NCBI RefSeq assembly: GCF_000181795.1
Contig: NW_003526943.1
Location: 6,294,219 to 6,358,218, forward strand
Length of the DNA stretch: 64,000 nucleotides
Source: Trichinella spiralis
Taxonomy: Eukaryota
Direction: 5' to 3'
Below, one piece after another: positions 54,213 through 64,000 of this stretch. A program made the position numbers and the translations under genes. The notes beneath the pieces are model-generated. The model ran no database searches. It saw nothing but the letters and a program-made list of their open reading frames with translations, and was not told the DNA's origin. Position 1 is the stretch's first letter. Each line of letters opens with the position of its first letter.

Positions 54213-56321
54213 TACCGCCGGGCAAAAGTGGGATGCTTCTAAGCGGTCTAAATCCGAGGGGGTCCCACTTTTCAACGCGTCTCATTATTGGTCGTTCACC
54301 ACGCTATTTTATTGGGCCGTCGAGTCGTTGTCTTATTAGTTTTCCTTATCTAATTGCTCATTGATTCAAATCTTTCCCTTGTGATTAGCTGTAATATTTT
54401 TTCATTTCATTGGTTCAGATATTCCATTTTGGATTACGTAACTTTAATAGTAGTGACGTAACATTAATTATGGAAATATTCATTGTTCAAAATTGTTTGA
54501 AGTTGTCATTCATTGAAATGTTATTTAAATATATTATCTGTGGTGAAGTTCATACTTTTTCATGATCAGCATTCCCGAAAATAATTTATCATTATTCTAT
54601 TTTATTGCACAAGTGACGTTACATCAAATGCGATAGCAATAATTCAGAAAAAAACAATACAAAAAGTTAGTGATTTTCATTTTTCACTAGCCAGCAGCTG
54701 CAGCAACAGTAAAGAACAGCCAGCAGCAACAACAGGCATGAACGGCATTAACAAAATGAAAACAACAAAAAAGCAAGAAAGTAAATAATACAATACAATA
54801 CAATACAATATATAATACAATACAATACAATGCAATACAATACAGTAAAATACAATCCACCACTTAGAAGGCGGCATTAAATCGGCTCCGGCGTTATATA
54901 CATTAAAGCTTCTAGGAACTGCTCCAGCGTTCGTCTACCGTTGGTGTATTCACCCGTATATTGTGCAACCTGTCGTTGCTTTTCAGCATAAACTTTGCTT
55001 ACGCGTCTTAAGTCACCAACGGTAGCGTTTCCTGATAGCACTTTTTGAATCAGGGTGTCCATCACACCTTATTCTGCTATCAGGATCTGGAGCAGCTCAT
55101 ACAACCTGTTGATTTTTAGCCGCTTTTCTGTTGAGCTGATTGTGCCAACCTTCCAAGTGATTATTGGTTCTGATATTTACATTATATACATTCCAAAGCG
55201 GCAGTCGCTCATCGGTCATCCACTCCTGCCGAAAATATTGGAATAAAGCTGCCAGGCTACCCGTAATGCCTGTTTCAAGCAGCCTAACAGCGGTATCAAC
55301 TTGCGGTATAGGAGGAAAGCGGTTCATTATTTTTCATATTTTACTTTTTTCTTGATTCTTCTTCTGTTCTATATCGTGTTTTCAGTCAACTCACTGACTT
55401 TTTTGTTCCGCCTGGCAGAAGTGGAAGTAGCAGCTCTGTACCCGCGTATTCGGGAAGTAACCCCGAATTGCAGGTATCAGGGCTGTTTCAAAATCACAGA
55501 TAATGGTATGTGGATTAAGGTCGACCTCCAGAACTGCCGCTTTGTCTATTAAAGCTTGAAAAATATACCCGTACGTTCCAATATCTTTACCCGTACATAA
55601 ACAATAGACTGCTGGCACCAGCTTACCCGCCACAAAGGCATGGATGGTAAACAATTGTTCATACCAGTATAATACAACCTTGAATGTGCCATCCATGCCC
55701 CAGGTTTTCACGGCTGCCAGTAGTCTAATGATATCGGCCATCGAAAAGATCAGGATATGCTTTGACGCACACTGCCACAATAAAAAATTTTCACCGGCCT
55801 TCGTTGTTCTGAAGGGGACAGGGATTTGCAGGTCCCAACGATGTTCAGGCAGTTTTAGGCAGCGCTTTGACCGGTGGCTGTACATCATGGACTTTACCCG
55901 TTTAGCAGCCAGAAAATAGTCAGATGTTGATGGCTCAGCGGACGCGGCGAAAGCTTCTTCATCGTAAATGGCGGGGGTTTCGTTTCTTTCACGCTTCGCT
56001 TTCACAAAACCGCTTTTACCATTTTGTACCCCAAGTGCGGATCGAATGGGCATGCTTCGACGATTGGTCTGCCTGAGCACCGCTGTTACATCCAGGTTTG
56101 TGGTTAGTCCACCTTCGCACCTTTTCTTTTCCTGTACCAAAACAAATTCTTTATAAAAAAGTACATATTTAGTATTTTCAAAGGACATACTCGCTACGCC
56201 ACAATCTCCAATTTTTCAACCGTTTGCCAGTATATCTCAATTTGTACGCCCTGCTTTCATACACAAGAGACGTACCACCGCAACGGTTTGTTACAAGACG
56301 TAACTTAGGAAAATCAGACTT
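54213..56321 (-). mobile_element. MULE element (copy B): frameshifted FLYWCH + MULE transposase plus 3' terminal region
   Basis: LVYESRAYKL..KNWR (FLYWCH), WGMDGTFK, IICDFETAL, CYFHFCQA and RTNNHLEGWHN, with multiple frameshifts. AATAC microsatellite at ~54787-54855. Confidence 0.92.
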
Positions 56322-56434
56322 CAACTCGTGGCACCAAAAAATGTAGCAATGGCAAGGAGCACTACACTTTTTATAACAATCAGGTTCCAATACTGACTGT
56401 AGTTCTTTGCGCCTTACTCGAACTTTTCGACTGC

Positions 56435-56581
56435 ATTTCACCAGTTGCAACATCAATCCCAAATCATTGTCAACTTCAGCACCATTTCCATTGAAATATA
56501 TATCCAGCAGTTGTCCATCTCGTTCAAGTACAATTTTCATATGCCAGAAAGCAGGAAGTTGGTTTTTAATTTTCTTGTTTA
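56435..56581 (-). pseudogene. Inverted duplicate of the last intron and exon of the PSMD9-like gene (source ~58465-58617)
   Basis: Direct nucleotide match, including the intron sequence taaacaagaaaattaaaaaccaactt and the coding MKIVLERDGxLLDIYFNGNGAxVDNxLGL. Confidence 0.92.
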
Positions 56582-56696
56582 TTTCCTTGTGATGGCTGCT
56601 GCGCTATGCCATAATCTTTGGCAGTTTATTTGCTTTAGCCATCATTTGCTGTTCTAATCGAAAGATCAGTTTAACATCAGCCAACTTGTTTGCCAT

Positions 56697-56940
56697 TGTA
56701 ACGACCCGCTTAGCGGGGTCGTCTGATTCGTTTCCTCCGGGTCCGCTCCAGTTCGCCCGCCGTGCACACGCTTAACAACGGCTAGTTAAGTTCCGACACG
56801 TCGGGTCATGCGGGTCTGTCGCCAGAAGACAACCGCGGCTTTCGCCGGCGGCATCTTTGAACTGGGCGGGATGGGAGAATTTATTGGCGCGGCTCTGCGT
56901 CTGCCTCAGCTGGACCTGCAATTAGCAACGCCACCGTACA
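56697..56940. mobile_element. Solo LTR with 5-bp target-site duplication
   Basis: 244-bp GC-rich segment TGTA..TACA flanked by GCCAT at 56692-56696 and 56941-56945. Confidence 0.75.
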
Positions 56941-57074
56941 GCCATTGTTGTTACACATGCATCATCATGTGGCTAGCTAAATCATTATCTGATATAGGAG
57001 AAAAATATTTGCTACAGTTCTATTTTCAACATCTCCAGTAAAAACGGCTCAACCAAATGCTGAAGCCGACTTAG

Positions 57075-57650
57075 TGTAACAGTCCTCACCAGTCGGTGAC
57101 GTTCGTTTTGTTCCGGATCCGGCTGAAGAAGAGGCAGAACAGCGGACTTCATTTCCTTCTCACGGCACCACCGATGCATTTATATTACAGTAGAAAACAA
57201 GTTTGCACTTGATTAATAAAATGGGCTCGTTGCATCAGAATAAACAACTGCAATAATGATCGCTTTTGTTCCGCCAATTCATGCGAAACCTCTGATGGTC
57301 AGGAAGTGAATTGTAGGTATGGATGTTAGCGGCAACAAGTTATAGCGAGTGCCTACTAGACACAGACGGCATGCATGAGCTCGATTCCCATCAATGCTTC
57401 ATCACTTGGCTCTTTTCATTTGGCTCACTTGGCTTCGGACACAGTTCGACATCAGCAGTCTTTATTACTCTTGCTCATCGCTTCACTTAAATTTACTGCT
57501 CTGACGATGACGTGATACCGGGTTTATATAGCAGGCGGAGGCCGGCCACGGAGGGAGGTCGCTGAAACAGGCCGCCGAGCTGACCTAGATATTGCTAGCC
57601 GAGGCATTAATATATTGCCCAAGTGGTGCCGCTTCGGGCGCAACGTGACA
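57075..57650 (-). mobile_element. Probable solo LTR
   Basis: Bounded by TGTAAC..GTGACA. The minus strand has TATATAAA at ~57523-57530 and AATAAA at 57461-57466. No TSD seen. Confidence 0.45.
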
Positions 57651-57860
57651 ACCTGTGAATTGAGTGGAACAAAGGATACAGCTATCACTCCTAATTTTAC
57701 TCTTGGATGTATTTTTATTATTAAAAATGTTTTAATTAATAATTGTGCTGATTTGATCATCAAATTATACAAAAACCTGCTTCTCTATAAATTACAAAAA
57801 TACAAACTTGATTATCATTTATACTGTACTATGTAACGAAGTTGTTTGAAGTTATCAAAA

Positions 57861-58648
57861 ATGGTTAATGTGATGAGAGAAATAGTGTTTAAGTGGATGA
57901 AACGAAATGACGAAAAGTGTATGGAACTTCAAAGATTGATATCCGAGTTGAAATCAGTAAAAAACGACTGCTGTTTTTGCTTATTTTTTATGTATATTAT
58001 TTTATAGAGAGGCTTCAATCTTGGAAATTTATATGTTGATGAAAATGACTATCCACGCAGTGATATTGACAACATCGTTCGTCGCATACGATGTATTGTA
58101 GTTTTGTTTGTTTTTATATTTTATTTTTAGGTTAATTAATTTTGTTTAGGCCTTCAAACGGAAATTAGGGATGTGGGCGAAAAGATGTGTGAAGAATGGA
58201 TTGACATGCATAATAAACGTATTGCCCGTTTAATCTGTGAAATGAGCCCATTCGCAGTTGTTGATGAAGTATTGCCAAATTCCACTGGTGAAGTGATGGT
58301 TAGTTGACAATGTTTTCTTTAAAAAAAAATTTTTTTTCATTAATTTTAATTTAGGGTTTGAAAAAGCATGACAAACTGTTTCGCATTGGTGAATTTAAAG
58401 TTGAAGATTTTGAAAGTTGTGATAACATTGTCGAACTTTTGGAAAATGCGGTAAGCATGTGCAGTAAACAAGAAAATTAAAAACCAACTTTTTCTGCTTT
58501 CCAGCATAATATGAAAATTGTACTTGAACGAGATGGAGAACTGCTGGATATATATTTCAATGGAAATGGTGCTGATGTTGACAATGGTTTGGGACTGACA
58601 TTACGACTGGTGGAACGCTTTCCATTAATAACTATGGAAAGTCCATAA
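57861..58648 (+). CDS. PSMD9: Divergent 26S proteasome assembly chaperone PSMD9/p27/Nas2-like protein, 5 short exons (absent from the ORF track)
   Basis: The spliced product has the Nas2 N-domain motif YVDENDYPRSDID..VRRIR|CLQ and a PDZ-like PFAVVDEVLPNS..GLKKHDKLFRIG..KIVLERDGELL. Introns are GT-AG. Confidence 0.72.
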
Positions 58649-58991
58649 CTAGCAGTATTTTTCTTACTCAAGTGTCAAAGCAGTAAAATTATATTATTTG
58701 AAATTTTATAAAAAAAATTTTTTCTCAAGAAAGCATGTGTTTTCGATATGGCTTGCAGCTAAGTCTGCAATTCTCTCGTTAAAAATAATAATGTACTCTT
58801 TTTTCTCACCTTTGCATATTTCAGTTATAAATTTGTAGATCTCGCGTCGTGCAAAATGTCATATAGTTTAATAGGAAAAGATGAATTTTCGGTATGTGTA
58901 TTGCGTTGTGAGGGAAGTGATTATGAGCACTTAAATCAGCAAAATTTCACAAACAAAAGTGAACAGAGCACACATCCGTATGCATTGTTGG

Positions 58992-61755
58992 TCAGAGAAA
59001 GTTTCCGTTCACCAGCGCAGATGGTTCGCGTGATTTTTCGGGCAAAGGTACCTTGTCGAGAATATTATCCGCTTCTTTGTCAGCGGTTGTGGAATTATCA
59101 TCAACGGTCGAAAGTGATTGTTGTTCAATATGGTTTTGGCTTTCAATTTCAAAATTTTGCTGCTGCTGATGCTGCTTTGCGTTGAAATTCAAACGTTGCA
59201 GTTTCTCTTTAAGCCGATTGATCGTCTCGATTTGTACTTCCATTTGACATTCCAAATGTCTGTTGTACAAATTGATCGCGTCCAACTGATTTCGTTGTTG
59301 CTGATTTTGCACAACCACCGCCTGCAAAAATGGCAACACCTTTTGCCTGAGCGATTCGGACTCTTCTTTGGAATTTGCCTCCGAATCCCGTGCTAACAGC
59401 TTCTGAGCAGTTTCGATCCACTTCATCCGAATCGTCAGCGCACTTTCTTCACGTTCCTGCAAGGTGACCCTCTGCTGGAGTGTATTCATCAGTTCCATTG
59501 TGCTTTCGTAATTGGTGATGGCAGTTTTCAGCTTTGCCGACGTAACTTTTTCCCTCTCTTCGGCAGCTTTCAATCTACCCCTCACCTCTTTGCACTGACC
59601 ACTCAGTTCGTCGACGATTTCCTTCAACGACTGGCATTCAGCAGATTTTTCCTCGATTGTTATCTACAAATTGATGCATATTCAAATGGATTGGTTTCAA
59701 TTGAATTTCGCACATCAATCAATATATATATATATATATACAAACTGTTCATCTTATCACCTCTGAACATTCCAACTGAGTTTCAGTTTCTAATAGTTTA
59801 CGTTCCATTTCGGTCATTTTTTTCAAATAGCTCTCCTTTTCCTGAAGAGAAAATTATTAATAATCGATTAAAATTACAGAAAATTTTTTTGACAAATATA
59901 CTTGTCTGAAAGATTCCATCTCGTTGGCAATAATTTCACAAATCTTACGATCGCGGTCGTTTAACGTTTGCTTGTGTTGAATAAATTCAAGGCGACTTTT
60001 CAGTTCTTCAACATTGAGCTTCAAAAATCAACACAATAAAGTAGATAAATGAAATGCAAACTATTTTACACTTTACACTTGACTTTACCTTTTCCATATT
60101 TTCCACAGAATCTTCTGGAAAATTGTCATCAGGCGCGCAGGTTGAATTGTCAATTTTTTCAACGCAACACTTTGGACATAGACTCTATATTTGCATTGCA
60201 TTTCAAAAAACTTCATTAAAATATTCTTTGAAAAGAACCTCTACTTACAATTGTAGGCGCATTTTCAAATTCAAGCAGACGAAATTCAAGCAGTTCATTC
60301 GCTTCGATCAATTCATCAATTTGTATTTGTTGCTTCTCCTTGGAAGGTTGAAGAATGTTAATACGATCCCGAAGCTCTTTGACCAGATTCCACAGCTTTT
60401 GTCTTTCCTCTTCCCAACCAGATTCGACACTGTTTCGAGATTCGTTCAGTGAACAAATTTTGAACGGTATCACAATGTTGTCGTCGTAGTTCTTTTCCAA
60501 AGAATTTCCATATTCAAGTCGTCTACATCGAAGACTATTTTCTAAATCTTGATCTTTCAAAATCTGAAATTTCGTATACACATGGTGAACAGAACGGTAA
60601 CGTTTAAATTCTCCCTTTTTTATTTTGTATTATCAATATATTATTTTCATTCATCCTCTTACCGATACTTGATCGTGCGGTAGAGTTTCAAAAGACTGAG
60701 AACTGTAAGAGAATACAGAATCTGATGTAGAATGATTTTCAAGTTCATTCCAGTTGAATGAATGGGATTTTCTTGTTCGATTGATTACTCGAAGAAGAAC
60801 TTCAACTTTTCTTTCCTTGTCCTACAACGGAACGAAATTCCATTAATCTGCCTTCAACACTGACTGACTAATGAACACATACAGCAACAAGTTGTTTATA
60901 CGTGGCGATGGTTTTACAATATTGTACATTTAAATTTCTCAATCGTTGCAATTCTTCTTCTTTGTCCGCAGTTAATTTGCGCTGTTTCAGACGACAGCAT
61001 TCTGCTGATATTTTCTCCAAACATTGTTTCTGTAATTTTAAAAAAGCAAAATTATGAAATTATTCAACTTTTTTTAATTTGTAAAATAATCATTATCTGA
61101 ATACATTTTACAAATTTAAACACTGAATAAAATTTACACGTGCGTATTGAGATTGTGCAAATGAAAACTATAGCAGATACCATAGCAGCCAGATCATCTT
61201 GACTTTGCTTCAATTTGTCTTCATAATGCTTCGTTTCATACGCGATTACTGTTTTAATTTTTCCTTGATATTTTTTGTTGTTCTTCATTAAGGTTTTTTG
61301 TGTTTTCTCTAGCTCTTTGATTTTCTTATTCTGAAAGTTTACGTTTTAATCCAATGAAAACAAAATTTCTATGATGAATGCAATATGATTATCAGAATTA
61401 TTGCAAAGGAAATGTACCATCACCAACAACGGGATGAATTTCGGGAAATTATTTAAAATAAAAAGAAAAATTACCGTTTCCGCTTTATTTTGTATTAGTT
61501 GTGAATTAATTTCTTCAGTACGTTTAAGTTGTTCTTCAAGTTCGTTGATCTTGTGCTGCCAGCGCATCTTTTCTTTTTGATGCTCTTCTTTCGTAATCTT
61601 CAACGAATGCAAAATAAATTATCATAATTTAAGAATATTACTGCAAAACAATTTTGAAATCTTTAAACATATTCAAAGGTACATACCATGCACAAGCTTA
61701 CAGAATACATTGGGATGCTGAAATCATTTGCTCGATTGAATCTGCTCAAATCCAT
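58992..61755 (-). CDS. Long coiled-coil protein, JAKMIP-like, multi-exon (5' end uncertain)
   Basis: Heptad-rich E/K/Q/L exons joined by GT-AG introns. EANELLEFRLLEFE resembles the JAKMIP NELLEFRILELE motif. Confidence 0.6.
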
Positions 61756-63811
61756 GATGTAATGTCAAATTAATTAATATGCAATTGTTAATTTTCTCCA
61801 ATCAGTGTTCCTGAATGAATAAATAAGTACATTATTTAATAAATAAACTTAAAATTCATCATAAAAATAAATTTAAAATTGTCCTATAAACCAACATATT
61901 TCGATTATTTTTTACTGAAAAAAAGCGTCAAATCAAAGTTGATAAAAATATGTTTTCTTAATTTACTAAATGACATTTATGCTTATTCAATAAATTTGTT
62001 AAAATTTGGTGTTAATAAGCTGAAATTTACTAAAATGTATGCAAATTAATGCAATTATTCAGTCAATTTCAAAAATACTAACCAATGTTTTACACAACTT
62101 TAAATCATTTTCAAAATTTGAAATGATTTGGAAAAAAATTTTCAAGGCAAATCTATTTGCGTAACTTTAAAAATCGTAAAGCCAATTAAAAAACTAAACT
62201 AAATTTTATGAAATGTGAAATAATAATTTGAAAGTAAATCTAAAAGGTGAAATTGTTTTTCTTTTGATATTCAAAATGAATGAAAGTACTGTCATGCGAT
62301 GAGCAACATCTACTATCATCCAATGTTGTAAAATAAAAGTCTCATTTATTTATTAATATTTTATTGATTGACTGGGAGTTATAATGCATAATTGAAAAAC
62401 GATACAACAAGACAGTAATGCTTCAATGAAATGAAAATACTTTTTTAAAACTACAAATTTGAAAAAAAAGAAATGTGCCAAAGGTCAAATCTAAATTAAC
62501 CTACTCATCAATTTATTTTATTAAAATTAAACAAAGAGTTTAAAATGTATCGTGACAAAAATGCGCATAAATTTTTAAAATTATTCATTTTAAATCTGTT
62601 TAATAAAACTATTTTAACTGTACAAAGCTTTTGCAAATAAATTTGTTTATAATCGAAATAATAATAATGAAAATTGACAAATAATTGACCAATTTCAATG
62701 GGCATAGGTGGTTTCAAAAATCTCATCGATTTTATATTTAAATTTCAAATTTTTTTGAATTTTTAAATTTAAATTAATAATTCGAAGAGCATTATTATAA
62801 GAATTAGAAAATAAAATTTTCTCCGTGAAAAAAGACACTTACTAAAGGTTGGATTTGAAATGTTTGCATAAAAAAACAGGGAGAAGTGATGAGAATAAAA
62901 AGAAATCTCAATATCCGTACATCTGCATATGTGTACTGCTTTGCTGTTTGACCTCTCTTCTCAGAGACTCCCCCTGCACAACTGTGCATGGCAAATGTGC
63001 AGTTGCCGGGCCTGAAGATGCGCTGACCTCGTTTATTGGCAAACAGTCAAAAAAGACACAAACCCGAATGCTTTTTTGTTTGTCTACTGGGTGGGTAAAT
63101 GTTCAAAATTTGAACGCAACTTAATTTTATAAAGGAAATTTATTATTTTATTTATTCTTTTCCATTGAAAATTTAAACAAATTGCCATTAAAAGGTGATA
63201 AATAAGAATTACTGCTTGGGAAAAAGTGATCAATATAATATGATCAATGTCGTACCAATCAATCATATCATGCATCATTGTCACAGTCGAGCCGGTTTTA
63301 CTTTTTTTACAGTAATTAAAAGAAAAAAAATTAAGAATAATTTGAAATTCAAATGAAACAAATGTAATTTCTTTTTAAATTAAAACATATAAATTGAATA
63401 TTAAAAAAAGTATTTCTAAAAAAATTTTTAAATAAACTTTGAAGTTTATTGTTTGAAATGGTTCAAAAAATGGTTTATTGCAAATAACCGTAATTAATTT
63501 GTGTGTTTTTGAGCGTTGACCTGAATTAATTGTCAGTTTCGACGTTCGAAAAATTTGCAATCACTTGTCAATCGTTTGAAATAGTTTAACTGAAGTTCAG
63601 TTATAAGTTAATAAAAAAAGAAAAGAAAAAAAAACCACCGTTTCAACTAAATTAAACAACAATATAAAAACACTAACCTTCTCATCATCACAAATTATTA
63701 TTATTATTACTACTATTATTTTTTTATATAGAATTATTGTACTTTTTTATTTTGTGTCAGTTGTGGTCGTGCAATGAATTCCAATAATGATTTAGAGATG
63801 AACTTCGGGTT

Positions 63812-64000
63812 TGGTCCCACTTGGGCTCAATTTTATTCCCATTCGGTCCCACTTTTCATTTATTGGTCGTTGTACTCGCTATTTTATTATTGGTCGTTGA
63901 CGTCGACTCCTATTAGAAACGTAAAGTCGTAGAAAAATTGGGGTTTCCTTGTCCAGATAGAGCATTGGAAGTAGGATCTTCCCTAATAATGGGCTGTAAA
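63812..64000. mobile_element. Terminal region of another MULE-family copy, running off the window
   Basis: 63812-63890 is nearly the exact reverse complement of ~2030-2106 (ggtcccacttgggctcaatttt..ttattggtcgttgt..cgctattttatt), with looser similarity to ~63953. Confidence 0.8.

Noticed and set aside
62508..63560. Several short ORFs near the right end
   Set aside because: AT-rich, low-complexity translations. They might include 5' exons of the coiled-coil gene, but I cannot support that.

Overview
AT-rich eukaryotic DNA with many short GT-AG introns. The gene style and transposon families are most consistent with a nematode, probably Trichinella-like (inference, not proven). Host genes rebuilt by hand from spliced exons are: two tandem secreted cystatin-like paralogs, two serpentine/7TM receptors, RPS6 with an ~80-aa Lys/Ala-rich tail, REV1, phosphorylase kinase beta, a membrane-anchored trehalase, TTC21B/IFT139 with a candidate X-box, a PPM1E/F (fem-2-like) PP2C, TMEM106, a divergent PSMD9/Nas2 and a JAKMIP-like coiled-coil protein. 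Decayed transposons lie at ~1-3.9 kb (MULE and piggyBac), ~13.9-16.2 kb (LTR-like piece and piggyBac remnant), ~49.9-57.7 kb (BEL/Pao, MULEs, solo LTRs) and the right edge. The most unusual signals are (i) a BEL/Pao primer-binding site complementary to 39 nt of tRNA-Tyr (positions 38-76) that overlaps the gag start codon, and (ii) an inverted genomic copy of the last PSMD9-like exon joined in frame to a MULE FLYWCH domain that has lost its own ATG. Homology calls come from motif recognition only; no searches were run, and some gene starts and element ends are approximate.
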